Assembly (NCBI GenBank): GCA_043811915.1
Contig: JBDRMS010000005.1
Location: 41,300-105,299, forward strand
Direction: 5' to 3'
Source: a bacterium
GTDB taxonomy: Bacteria > Patescibacteriota > Andersenbacteria > UBA10190
Length of the DNA stretch: 64,000 bases
Part shown: piece after piece, positions 37,665 through 47,193 of the stretch
How positions within the stretch are numbered: position 1 is the first letter of the stretch
Layout of the letters: each line of letters starts with the position of its first letter
Made by a program: the position numbers and the translations under genes
Notes under the pieces: model-generated
What the model was told of the DNA's origin: nothing
The model's input: the letters and a program-made list of their open reading frames with translations, nothing else
Database searches by the model: none

Positions 37665-38069
37665 ATGCCCAAAAGCATAAAACCAGATCCTAGCTTCGCC
37701 GAATGCGAAAAAGTAAAGTGTCCAAAGTGTGGTGGCCCAAATCACGCGTTTTTTGATTGATGTTGTCACTGCGGCTATTCTTTTCGTCGAGATCACTTCA
37801 TCGAAGAGGAAGAAACAAACGAGGGTACGATCGTTCGCCATGGTCACTTTAGTACTATAACCGGAGAAAAGAAAGTGGCTGCGGATGGGCTCTTCTCCTG
37901 TTTACAGTTGGAATTACATTGGCCATCAGCAAAGTACTCTCAATGTAGTGGCTTTGAATCCGGAAGCGAGCGGATCAACATTATCATCCATCCACAACTT
38001 TTGCGCGAATGGGTGATAGTTAGATCGTTCTATTTAACCGCCACCATCACCCAGGCGGTTTTTTTCTGA
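37665..38069 (+). pseudogene. zinc-ribbon-like ORF interrupted by an in-frame TGA (pseudogene or readthrough candidate)
   Basis: One frame reads MPKSIKPDPSFAECEKVKCPKCGGPNHAFFD-TGA-CCHCGYSFRRDHFIEEEE.... The 4-Cys ribbon (CPKC...CCHC) is split by the stop at 37758-37760. Confidence 0.3.
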
Positions 38070-38160
38070 GCCTGTCGAAGAGCTACCTCACACTACACTC
38101 ACTATTTATTTGTCATTCCCCTTCTTGAGGTTTTTCTACTTTCTGGGAGCTACGAGACTT

Positions 38161-38817
38161 CTAGGCGTCGTCCTCAAGAAGTAAGTGCTTAATTTCCGCC
38201 AGCTCGCGTGCATAATCAGCATGATCAGAAACAAACGCCCTGTATTCGCCCGGCGGCATCATGCTTCGTATAAGCCCCGTGTGACATCTATGATATTTCG
38301 ATTTCCACCCGATATATTCCGACAGCGAGGACCACTCATAAATAAAAGGGTCTTTAGTCATACCTACTACATAGGGGTTGAGATGAATATATCGACTAAC
38401 ATGCAACAGTTGTTCATCTCCATCCACAGCAACCGCCCGAAAGGGACCAGCAAATAGTGGGCCAGTTCGTTTATGGCGAATGTTAAAGTACCGTGCATAA
38501 CTATTAAGCAATCGCTGGAGATAAGCTGACGTCCCACAATCATAATTTTCTTTGAGTAACAGATGAACATGATTCGTCATTAAGCAATAACACAAGAGGT
38601 CAACTGGCCCTGTGCTAACATCCGTCTTTTGCTGTTCCTGCTTAAGTCGCTTTGCAGTTGAATAACTCTGAGTAATTCCACGGGGTAAGCAATGAATTAT
38701 CAAAGCCAGAAACCGCTCCCTATCCTCATCGTCAATAAAAATCTTGCGCTGCCCAACACTACGCGCACAAACATGATACACTTCACCTGGTGCAAAATCT
38801 ACATACCGATACCCCAT
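38161..38817 (-). CDS. REP-associated tyrosine transposase (RAYT, IS200/IS605-like Y1 HUH transposase)
   Basis: The N-terminal RAYT signature is GEVYHVCARSVGQRKIFIDDEDRERFLALI (G-x-YH[VI]-x-x-R ... IF-x-D-x-ED ... FL-x-L). The HUH motif is MTNHVHLLL. The catalytic Tyr context is LLHVSRYIHLNPY. Confidence 0.8.
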   Translation of the reverse strand: MGYRYVDFAPGEVYHVCARSVGQRKIFIDDEDRERFLALIIHCLPRGITQSYSTAKRLKQEQQKTDVSTGPVDLLCYCLMTNHVHLLLKENYDCGTSAYLQRLLNSYARYFNIRHKRTGPLFAGPFRAVAVDGDEQLLHVSRYIHLNPYVVGMTKDPFIYEWSSLSEYIGWKSKYHRCHTGLIRSMMPPGEYRAFVSDHADYARELAEIKHLLLEDDA

Positions 38818-38846
38818 ATCTTCAGTCTACAACCTAGATAAAGGCA

Positions 38847-38869
38847 ATTCAAACACCAGGTGTTTGAAT
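38847..38869. repeat. REP-like palindromic element ATTCAAACACCAGGTGTTTGAAT (copy 2)
   Basis: Exact copy of the 37478..37500 sequence, 30 nt upstream of the RAYT start and 40 nt upstream of asnB. Confidence 0.8.
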
Positions 38870-38909
38870 AATGTTTTACGCCTGGCACTTTTCACTTTAA
38901 GCTTTACTC

Positions 38910-40799
38910 ATGTGTGGGATAGCCGGAAAGATCAGTTTTAGCAATCGGCCAGTTCAGGAGTGCGATATTAAGCGCATGACGGATGTCCTGGCTCACCGCG
39001 GCCCGGACGACCAGGGTATTTATGTCTCTCCCAACCAAAACATCGGGCTTGGCCACCGGCGGCTCTCGATTATTGATTTGTCTAAACAGGGCCACCAACC
39101 CATGCCTTACCTGAATCGTTACTGGATTACTTACAACGGCGAAATCTATAACTACCAGGTTAAACGTAAGCTGTTAGAAAAACAGGGCTACTCTTTCAGA
39201 TCCCAAACTGACACCGAAGTCATTCTTGCCTTGTACGACAAGTTTGGTATCGATTGTCTACAACACCTGCGCGGGATGTTTGCGTTTGCCATTTATGACC
39301 AAAAAACTAATCAACTGTTCTGCGCTCGTGATCGCCTGGGACAAAAACCATTTAAATATTATAGCGACAGTCGTGTTTTTATTTTTGCCTCCGAACTCAA
39401 GGCTATTCTAACCCAAAGCGAATATCACAAAGAACCGGATTATTTAGCCATTCACCACTACCTCACTCTTCAATACACCCCTGCCCCCTACACCGGCTTT
39501 AAGGATATAAAAAAACTGGAGCCAGCCCACTACTTAATTGTCGATCTCAACACCGGCAAAATTACTAACCAGCCATACTGGCAACTTAATTTCTCTAATA
39601 AGTTAAACCTGTCCGAGCAGCAATGGTGCAACGCTATCATGGAAAAATTGGATGAAGCCACGCGTCTGCGCCTGGTTTCCGACGTGCCTTTGGGCGCTTT
39701 TCTATCCGGCGGCATAGACTCCAGCGCCATTGTCGGCTTCATGAGCCGCCACACCGCCAGGCCCGTCAAAACATTTTCTATCGGCTTTAAAGAACAAGCC
39801 TACAATGAACTGCCCTTTGCCCAAGCAGTCGCCGATCATTTTCATACCGACCACACCAACTTTATTGTCGAACCTCAAGCTCTCGATATTCTCCCCCCTC
39901 TGGTTAAGCAATACGAAGAACCCTACGCCGACAGTAGCGCCCTGCCAACCTACATCGTAAGCAAATTAACCCGCCAGCACGTTACCGTGGCACTGAATGG
40001 CGACGGGGGAGATGAAAACTTTGGTGGGTATTCCCGTTACAGTATCCAGAAATTCGCCTTACTTTATGAGAAATTTCGCTGGCTTAATGCTGTCATAGCC
40101 TTACCCATCAGTAAATTGGCGGTCGATAAAATACATAATACATTTTTTCAACGCGCTCATCGTTTCTCTGCCACCATACCACAAGACTATACGCATCGTT
40201 ATGTTAATTATGTTTGTTACTTTACCAATGAAGCTAAACGCCAGCTCTACGACCCAACCATGCTTAAAAAAGTATGGTCCTATGACTCGTACAACATTGT
40301 AGCCAATCAGTTTCGTCGAGCGCAAGCTGCCGACAAACTGGATCAGACCATGTACGCCGACATAAAAACTATTTTAGTTGATGATTTTCTTACCAAGTGG
40401 GATATTGCCTCCATGGCCGTATCACTGGAAGCCCGCTCCCCCTTTCTTGATCATAAGTTCATGGAGCTGGCCGCCAAAATACCGAGCCGCCTTAAAATAA
40501 AAGGCGCCAACGATCGTAAATATATTTTTAAAAAGGCTCTGGCCGGCTTTTTACCACCCGACATTATTAATCGTCCCAAGCGGGGTTTCCAGGTACCTCT
40601 CGATATGTGGTTTAAAGGCAAGCTCGGCGTTTTTGCTCAAGACACCCTGCTTTCCAAAAGGGCACTTAACAGAAACCTTTTTAATCAGTCAGTCGTAGCC
40701 GATATTTTGCACACTCACCAGCGCACCAACATAAATAACTCCACCTATATTTGGTCATTACTCACCCTTGAGTTATGGTTCAGACAATACTTCGACTAA
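38910..40799 (+). CDS. asnB: asparagine synthetase (glutamine-hydrolysing) / WbpS-like amidotransferase
   Basis: N-terminal MCGIAGKIS (Cys2 Ntn amidotransferase), the PP-loop SGGIDSS, and a length of 629 aa. Confidence 0.85.
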   Translation: MCGIAGKISFSNRPVQECDIKRMTDVLAHRGPDDQGIYVSPNQNIGLGHRRLSIIDLSKQGHQPMPYLNRYWITYNGEIYNYQVKRKLLEKQGYSFRSQTDTEVILALYDKFGIDCLQHLRGMFAFAIYDQKTNQLFCARDRLGQKPFKYYSDSRVFIFASELKAILTQSEYHKEPDYLAIHHYLTLQYTPAPYTGFKDIKKLEPAHYLIVDLNTGKITNQPYWQLNFSNKLNLSEQQWCNAIMEKLDEATRLRLVSDVPLGAFLSGGIDSSAIVGFMSRHTARPVKTFSIGFKEQAYNELPFAQAVADHFHTDHTNFIVEPQALDILPPLVKQYEEPYADSSALPTYIVSKLTRQHVTVALNGDGGDENFGGYSRYSIQKFALLYEKFRWLNAVIALPISKLAVDKIHNTFFQRAHRFSATIPQDYTHRYVNYVCYFTNEAKRQLYDPTMLKKVWSYDSYNIVANQFRRAQAADKLDQTMYADIKTILVDDFLTKWDIASMAVSLEARSPFLDHKFMELAAKIPSRLKIKGANDRKYIFKKALAGFLPPDIINRPKRGFQVPLDMWFKGKLGVFAQDTLLSKRALNRNLFNQSVVADILHTHQRTNINNSTYIWSLLTLELWFRQYFD

Positions 40800-40806
40800 T
40801 AAAATC

Positions 40807-41868
40807 ATGCGTCACCAGCACCTTGAATACCTAACCGACCCTGCCACCGGCCAGCCGCTTACTCTGACCATATATGATCAGCAAGGGCCCCACATCATCT
40901 CCGGCCTGCTTGCCAGTCCCTCCCACCGCTATCCCATCATCGATGGTATTCCCCGTCTGACACCACAAAGCCAATTAAAAAAAGATGCTGCTTTTAACAC
41001 CCATCAGAAAAAGACAGCCGACAGTTTCTCTTATGAATGGAACAATATTTATCAGGAAAACGAATTCGAAAAACAAAACTTTCTCCACTTTTTAGGCCCC
41101 TTTATCAAGGCGTGTAATTTAAAAGACAAAAAAATATTAGATGCCGGTTGCGGCTCCGGTCGTTTCGCCAAACAGGCCGCCCTATGTGGCGCCGAAGTAG
41201 TTATCGCCACCGATGTCGGTGAGTCCCCCCGTGCTGCCTACAAACTTACTCAACATTTGTCCAACGTATGCATTATTCAAGCAGATCTGTACCACATGCC
41301 CGTTGTCAATTTTGCCGATCTGACATTTTCCATTGGCGTTCTACATCACCTGCCAGAACCCCAAAAAGGGTTTACTAAACTCACCGTCACCGTTAAGCCA
41401 GGCGGACAATACCTAATTTGGGTATATAACAGACGCAATAATTTCCGGGCGGTTTACGTTTTCGAGTCTATTCGTAAAATTACCCGCCACATTCCCAAAT
41501 CAATTCTATATAAACTGTGTTACCTGCCAGGTGCCGCCGTCCACAGCATCAACTACGTCACTCACTTCTTCAACAAAGTCGGCGCCAGCCGATTAGCTAA
41601 AAAAATCCCTTTCTCCTACTACGCCAACTTTCCTTATCGTATGAAATTAAATGATGCTTTCGATGTGCTTGCCACCCCTAAAAGCAACTACTACTATACT
41701 GAGGAGATAGAAAACTGGTTTAAAGAAGCGAGGCTGCAAAACGTTCAAACTTATGAACACCCGGAAGCCGGCATCACGGCCGTTGGCTCACTTGAGCAGA
41801 CGAGCGATAAATTTGAGCATGTCAGCCAGCTGCACCACGTCTCGGTTGCCAATAATTTGCGTAGCTAA
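40807..41868 (+). CDS. class I SAM-dependent methyltransferase with an N-terminal Trm112-like domain
   Basis: The N-terminus LEYLTDPATGQPLTL...YPIIDGIPRL is the Trm112/DUF343-like fold. Motif I is ILDAGCGSGRFAKQAA. Confidence 0.6.
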   Translation: MRHQHLEYLTDPATGQPLTLTIYDQQGPHIISGLLASPSHRYPIIDGIPRLTPQSQLKKDAAFNTHQKKTADSFSYEWNNIYQENEFEKQNFLHFLGPFIKACNLKDKKILDAGCGSGRFAKQAALCGAEVVIATDVGESPRAAYKLTQHLSNVCIIQADLYHMPVVNFADLTFSIGVLHHLPEPQKGFTKLTVTVKPGGQYLIWVYNRRNNFRAVYVFESIRKITRHIPKSILYKLCYLPGAAVHSINYVTHFFNKVGASRLAKKIPFSYYANFPYRMKLNDAFDVLATPKSNYYYTEEIENWFKEARLQNVQTYEHPEAGITAVGSLEQTSDKFEHVSQLHHVSVANNLRS

Positions 41869-43317
41869 GGAACCCGCCACATTTCCCACAAAAGGTACTA
41901 GCTCTGTCGGCACATCCGCCGCATAAACTGGTGCCGCAAATGCAAAAAAAGCATCCCCGGCTCCCACTGCATCCACCACATGAGGAGCAAAAGCTGGCGT
42001 TTCCATAAAACCGTCCTGTCGCGACAACGCTAATGATCCGTCACCTCCTCGTGTGGTCACAATTAAATCACATCCCATTTCCTGCTGCACCTGTCTTGCC
42101 ACCTTTCTTAGGTCACTTTCTTTATCATGGGTGGCATAACGCAACTCCACTTCGTCCACACAGACAAAGTCTGCGCGTGGATATTTTGTTACCAGGTTAA
42201 AGCCGGCATTAGCACCATTGGTCTGCACATTTAGCGCCAGCTTCTTTGCCTGGCGACAAATCGTTCGGATTATTTTATCTGTTATAAAACCGTGGCCAAA
42301 ATCATTAACCACCACCACATCATAATCACCGACTGAATTTCGCAAATATTCGATTATGCCTCCTTCCACATCTTTATCGACTTGGCTATCCTGCATATAG
42401 TAAATCTCAAATAACTTCAGATTTCGGCTATCACTGACATAACGACGCTTAACAGTTGTGCCTGCTCCGCTACGATAAAAAAACTTCGGTTTAACTCCTC
42501 CGGCTAACTGTTTTATAATAAAGTGCCGCCAGGAATCTTTTCTTCCCAGCAAAGTAGCAAGCGCCACCTGCCGACACACGCTCGACACATGATTAGCTGT
42601 AGCCAGAGCTCCGCCGGCAAATGATTCATCCTTTAAATATCGATTGACGATTAGTGGCTCCTTGCCCGATTTACCCATCTGCGCACAGTAATCATACTGG
42701 TCAATAATCGCGTCCCCGACCACGAGCACCTTCAGCTTCTTCGCCGCATCCAGCGCTTCAACAATATCATTGTAGGAATACTTTTTTTTCAGTGACTTTA
42801 GGTATCGCCGCGTCTTTAAGGGATAAACATCAAGATGGTCATTAATTAATTGGGAAGAGCTAAAAACAATATCATTAGTAAAGACCAGTCGCCCGCCATT
42901 TGCCCTAACTGCTCTTTCTTCATCAATAATTTTTCCCGTCACATCATCTTTAGCCTTCCGGTAGTCCTGCCCCTTCACATAGACATTACTCTTCAGCTTT
43001 TTCAACGACTCCACCGCCGTCGGCGCCGACACAATAGACACATAATCAACCACTGCCAACGCCGCTATCGCTTCCGCCCGCAAATCTTCACTAAACAACG
43101 GCCTCCCCGGACCCTTCCTCACATATCTATCAGCCGTCAACGTCACCACTAAAACATCGCCCTCTTTTTTGGCCGCCTCAAAATGACGAATATGTCCCGG
43201 ATGAACCAGGTCAAAAACCCCGTGACACTGTACTATTATTTTACCTTGACTCTTTAACTTAGCGACAATCAACGCCAGATCATCAAGCTCTTTCACTTTC
43301 ATGTCCCCCGTTGCCAT
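41788..43317 (-). CDS. hldE: bifunctional heptose-7-phosphate kinase / heptose-1-phosphate nucleotidyltransferase (HldE/RfaE-like) with inverted domain order
   Basis: The N-terminal cytidylyltransferase-like domain has VQCHGVFDLVHPGHIRHFEAAKKEGDVLVVTLTADRYV (HxGH). The C-terminal PfkB kinase domain has VLVVGDAIIDQY ... DAVGAGDAF. E. coli HldE has the opposite order. Confidence 0.75.
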   Translation of the reverse strand: MATGDMKVKELDDLALIVAKLKSQGKIIVQCHGVFDLVHPGHIRHFEAAKKEGDVLVVTLTADRYVRKGPGRPLFSEDLRAEAIAALAVVDYVSIVSAPTAVESLKKLKSNVYVKGQDYRKAKDDVTGKIIDEERAVRANGGRLVFTNDIVFSSSQLINDHLDVYPLKTRRYLKSLKKKYSYNDIVEALDAAKKLKVLVVGDAIIDQYDYCAQMGKSGKEPLIVNRYLKDESFAGGALATANHVSSVCRQVALATLLGRKDSWRHFIIKQLAGGVKPKFFYRSGAGTTVKRRYVSDSRNLKLFEIYYMQDSQVDKDVEGGIIEYLRNSVGDYDVVVVNDFGHGFITDKIIRTICRQAKKLALNVQTNGANAGFNLVTKYPRADFVCVDEVELRYATHDKESDLRKVARQVQQEMGCDLIVTTRGGDGSLALSRQDGFMETPAFAPHVVDAVGAGDAFFAFAAPVYAADVPTELVPFVGNVAGSLATQIIGNRDVVQLADMLKFIARLLK

Positions 43318-43318
43318 A

Positions 43319-44650
43319 TCAACAAATTGTATGAGTAAACCTCTTTTTCCACCAGCTTATTACCCCACCCAAATACACAAAGGCAATGAAAAATGACATG
43401 GCAGGAGCAAATATGCCAAACCTGCCCACCAGCCAATAAATACTAATCAAGTAAACAGTACCTGCCACCAACCCATTTAAACCAATAAATCTTACGCCCT
43501 TTGCGCCCGTGCTGGCAATAAACCACCAGTAAGTCTGCCAGACAAAAAACAACATAGCGTACACGCTCATGCAAAGTATTAGGCGCCAGGAAAACATATA
43601 AGCGCCCCCTAACAACCTCAAACTAATTGCCCCGCCAATTATCGTCAGCAAAACTGCCGGTATAAAACCTACTCCAATCAGCCGTTCCAGTTTTTTTAAT
43701 ACGGCTAGCTTATCTTCATGCCGCGACACCATAGGAAAAAATACATTAATAAACACGTAGCTCAACTGCGCCGCCACCTGCACAGACACGTAATAGTAAG
43801 CCGCGTACACACCCAGGCTGGCCTGTCCCAACATCCTCTCAATCAGAAATTTATCTCCTCCCACTAGCAACAACCCGGCCACAGCGCCAACCATGCCAAA
43901 GCGTATGTAACGCCAAAGGTCCAGCGCCACCTCGCCCTGCCAATACTGCCAGCCTATCAATCTTCCCGCCCCGCCTGCCGTTATATACGACAAAATAATT
44001 ACCACCGCCCCTGCCATCGTCGCCACTACAAACAACGCATAGCCGCCGCCCGACAGCCAATACATTATCACAAATCCCAGTAATATAATAACCGCCTCAA
44101 ACGTCCTAGCCTCGGCCTGAAATCTAAATTTACCCTCCCCTCTAATTACACCATCAAAAAACATTCTAAACGCCAGTGCTAAAGCCAGAGCCGTCGCCGC
44201 TCTTAAAACGCCACTATCTATATCAAATATTGCTGACAGTGTTCCAGCTCCAGCAAAAACAAGCATCGATACCAGTACAGTGGCGCTCGCCATCACTAAA
44301 AAACCAGAAGATACCATGCGACGCTTGGTCGTTAAATGTTTTATATTTATAGCTACACTTCGCATGACAGCTACATCCATGCCTAACAACATCGGAATAA
44401 TCAACAGCTGCGACACGGCCAGCGCCAAGGCAAATAAACCAAATTGCTTCGGTCCAAGCAGCCTTCCCACCAGTAACAAAGTACCAAACAAAATTGCATT
44501 AGCCGACGTCAGCCCCACAAATGAAAATGACAGTTGTTTTAAAAACTGCCTCATGTAAATACTCATGTCATAACCAAACAGCCTTGCGTGACTGGCCATG
44601 ATAAACTTCTTTCCCCAGACCAACATCACTTCGAAAGCAAACTCAACCAC
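43319..44650 (-). CDS. Wzx-type polysaccharide flippase (MOP/PST family)
   Basis: About 12-14 TM helices and an N-terminal FVGLTSANAILFGTLLLVGRLLGPKQFGLFALALAV typical of O-antigen/teichoic-acid translocases. Confidence 0.7.
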   Translation of the reverse strand: MVEFAFEVMLVWGKKFIMASHARLFGYDMSIYMRQFLKQLSFSFVGLTSANAILFGTLLLVGRLLGPKQFGLFALALAVSQLLIIPMLLGMDVAVMRSVAINIKHLTTKRRMVSSGFLVMASATVLVSMLVFAGAGTLSAIFDIDSGVLRAATALALALAFRMFFDGVIRGEGKFRFQAEARTFEAVIILLGFVIMYWLSGGGYALFVVATMAGAVVIILSYITAGGAGRLIGWQYWQGEVALDLWRYIRFGMVGAVAGLLLVGGDKFLIERMLGQASLGVYAAYYYVSVQVAAQLSYVFINVFFPMVSRHEDKLAVLKKLERLIGVGFIPAVLLTIIGGAISLRLLGGAYMFSWRLILCMSVYAMLFFVWQTYWWFIASTGAKGVRFIGLNGLVAGTVYLISIYWLVGRFGIFAPAMSFFIAFVYLGGVISWWKKRFTHTIC

Positions 44651-45567
44651 CAGCGCCGCCAGCGCCGTAGTGCCTCACTCTGTGCCATTCTCATCACCAG
44701 CCCGTGACCCAGCCACGACAACAAGTATTGTTCTAAAACTATTAATTTATAACCACGCTGCCAGCGCCGCACATGTTGCTCTGGAAAATAATTCTTGAAC
44801 TCCCGTGATCTCATTAATTCTCCCGCCCTATTAATAATTTTCCACATCTCCATCGGCCGCCGTGAAGTACTGTGCGAAAGACTATCCGGCGATATTACCC
44901 AGGTCATAAAAGGCCTCGGCACATAGCACACCCCATATCGCAACCCGATTGCTCGCGCCGCAAATGAATCGCACCACGAACCAAGCTTCAGCCTGAAACC
45001 ACCAACCTCCATCAGCGCACTTTTTCGAAAAATTGTTGATCCGACAAATGACTGCCCCGCCACCTCTGACTCCAGGCACTCTTTTCGATATTGATCAGGA
45101 CCGGCATAAAGTGCCTTATTCCATTTATTTACTTTTATTGTGTATAATTTTTCTCCATCAGTACTTACGGCCTTTATCTCGCCGAAAATCATCCCGGCTT
45201 CCGGATACCGCTCCGCCCAGTCCATCGCTTCGGCAAAAAAATAAGAAGGGATATAATCATCAGCCGCACCAAAATATACATATTCTCCCTTAAGCCACGC
45301 CATCACTCCTCCCAGCACAACCTGCACCCCCCTATTCTTCCTGTAAACTATCAATTTAAGCCACGCATACTTTTTAGCATAGCCCCGCACTATCCTGACA
45401 CTGTCATCAGTTGACCCGTCATCCACTATAATCAATTCATCAGGCAACCTGCTCTGGCTGGCTACTGCTTCAATCGCCCGGCCTATACAATGTCCGTGAT
45501 TGTAATTAGAAATAAATACCGACAGTGTCAGCTTTTTAGAATTCAATAATAATTCTTCCCGCATCAC
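44626..45567 (-). CDS. GT2 glycosyltransferase
   Basis: LSVFISNYNHGHCIGRAIEAVASQ ... LIIVDDGSTDDS ... YFGAADDY. Confidence 0.7.
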   Translation of the reverse strand: MMREELLLNSKKLTLSVFISNYNHGHCIGRAIEAVASQSRLPDELIIVDDGSTDDSVRIVRGYAKKYAWLKLIVYRKNRGVQVVLGGVMAWLKGEYVYFGAADDYIPSYFFAEAMDWAERYPEAGMIFGEIKAVSTDGEKLYTIKVNKWNKALYAGPDQYRKECLESEVAGQSFVGSTIFRKSALMEVGGFRLKLGSWCDSFAARAIGLRYGVCYVPRPFMTWVISPDSLSHSTSRRPMEMWKIINRAGELMRSREFKNYFPEQHVRRWQRGYKLIVLEQYLLSWLGHGLVMRMAQSEALRRWRRWWLSLLSK

Positions 45568-46537
45568 CCCTGTCTAATTCTTTTAAAGCTGCATTAATTT
45601 TGTCTAACGAATATCTGTGAGTTATCAGCTTTTTCAGAGGCAATTTGCCAGACATATATTGTCTGGCATAGTAAGGGAAATCCTTATCCGGCACCGTCTC
45701 TCCACCCCAGGTGCCGATTATTCGTTTGCCGCATATTAAACTATACGGATCAATTTTTATTTTTGTCCCAAGCTTGGGATGCCCCGCTATTACCAGCGTG
45801 CCAGTGTTATTCAAAGCCTCAAATGCCTGCTCCATGACCTCTGAAAGACCCGTCGCTTCTACGGCGTAATCCAAGTCAGCTATTTTTCCCTGCCCTGCCT
45901 TTTTTACTTCTGTCGCCCCCAGTTTTTTTGCCCAGGCAAGCTTCTTCTTAGATATATCAACCGCTATAACATCTTTACACCCAATCTGTCTGGCCGCCAT
46001 TACTGCACTAGCTCCAATCCCTCCTACGCCAAATATAGCCAATCGAGATCCTTTTTTTGCCCGTAACGAATGTCGCACCATGCCGGCGCCTGTGGCCACC
46101 GCGCAACCAATTATGGCTGCTACATCAGCCGGCACTTTTCTACTAACTTTTGTCACCCTGTTTTCCGCCACCACGGCGTACTGCGAAAATACAGCTGCGC
46201 CGCCCGAATTTACTATTTTTCCTTTCCATTCATACAGACCTCCCGGCGCATCCATACCACTGCCTTTAATCCATGAGACTACCACGTAATCGCCGCGTTT
46301 TACTTTTTCTACCCCACCGCCTACTTTAACCACATTTGCCGAACCTTCATGGCCCAGCAAGTGGGGTAAATATGGATCCTTGCCCCGCCAGCCATTAATT
46401 TCACTCAATTGAGAGCGACACAACCCGGCCGCCTTCATTTTAACTAAAACCTGTCCCCGCCGCAGTTTTGGCACCACAACCTCATCCACAACCAATGACT
46501 GCTTAATCATCACTAAAATTGCTGCTCTGGTTTTCAC
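45536..46537 (-). CDS. zinc-dependent medium-chain dehydrogenase/reductase (sorbitol or threonine-DH-like)
   Basis: GLCRSQL ... GHEGSANVV ... GDYVVV, the NAD-binding GVGGIGASAVMAARQIG, and AVDISKKKL. Confidence 0.8.
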   Translation of the reverse strand: MKTRAAILVMIKQSLVVDEVVVPKLRRGQVLVKMKAAGLCRSQLSEINGWRGKDPYLPHLLGHEGSANVVKVGGGVEKVKRGDYVVVSWIKGSGMDAPGGLYEWKGKIVNSGGAAVFSQYAVVAENRVTKVSRKVPADVAAIIGCAVATGAGMVRHSLRAKKGSRLAIFGVGGIGASAVMAARQIGCKDVIAVDISKKKLAWAKKLGATEVKKAGQGKIADLDYAVEATGLSEVMEQAFEALNNTGTLVIAGHPKLGTKIKIDPYSLICGKRIIGTWGGETVPDKDFPYYARQYMSGKLPLKKLITHRYSLDKINAALKELDRGDAGRIIIEF

Positions 46538-47190
46538 GGAATAAACCAGTAGTAGTCTCCTGTGTAGCCAACCTCCTTAAATAGTTGCTCCCACTCTGCC
46601 ACAGACATATACGTCAGCGCTGTCAGATTCCACATATCCATTCTTTTTTTCTCCTCCGGCGTTCTGTAGGCATCCATTGTTACAAATGCGTCCTCCCTCG
46701 TCACCCGCATAATCTCTCGCAATGCTTGTTTGCACTCGTCGATGGCAAGGTTATGCACCGTGTTTATCGAGATAACCAGGTCGAACGAATTATCCTCGAA
46801 CGGCAGCTTCCTGGCGTTAGCCACCTGCACATGCCCCTTCATGTCCTCTATAGTGTTGTCTATGCCGTATTGCGATATATCTATTCCCTTAACCGTAATA
46901 CCAGGAATCAACTCAGCAAAATCGTGCATCATAAAACCTTTGCCACACCCCACATCCAGCAAACTGCTTTCTTTTGTTAACCCGTATTTCTTCTGAAAAG
47001 CCGGTACTACCGGCTGCCAGAATCGTGCCTGATAGCTAAACCCCCCGTACCCATGGCGCCTATCGCCATCAAAATAATCTTTGTCAAATCTTCGTCCAAC
47101 TCTCCGATCTTCTTCCGTTTTAGCCGCCGCCCGCTCATCCAAATTACGCTTGGTTTTTGGGTAATCCGCCATTAAATCTATCTCTGCCAT
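46534..47190 (-). CDS. class I SAM-dependent methyltransferase
   Basis: Motif I is LLDVGCGKGFMMHDF. It is coupled by 4 nt to the dehydrogenase gene. Confidence 0.75.
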   Translation of the reverse strand: MAEIDLMADYPKTKRNLDERAAAKTEEDRRVGRRFDKDYFDGDRRHGYGGFSYQARFWQPVVPAFQKKYGLTKESSLLDVGCGKGFMMHDFAELIPGITVKGIDISQYGIDNTIEDMKGHVQVANARKLPFEDNSFDLVISINTVHNLAIDECKQALREIMRVTREDAFVTMDAYRTPEEKKRMDMWNLTALTYMSVAEWEQLFKEVGYTGDYYWFIP

Positions 47191-47193
47191 AGC

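Larger units (their letters stand above)
37478..38869 (-). mobile_element. RAYT-REP unit inserted between the GT4 gene and asnB
   Basis: A tyrosine transposase gene, a degraded zinc-ribbon ORF and about 650 nt of non-coding DNA are bracketed by two identical REP palindromes. Confidence 0.55.

Noticed and set aside
37614-37847. 77-aa minus-strand ORF inside the RAYT element
   Set aside because: It is antisense to the zinc-ribbon frame, has no start context or motif, and lies in degraded intergenic DNA.
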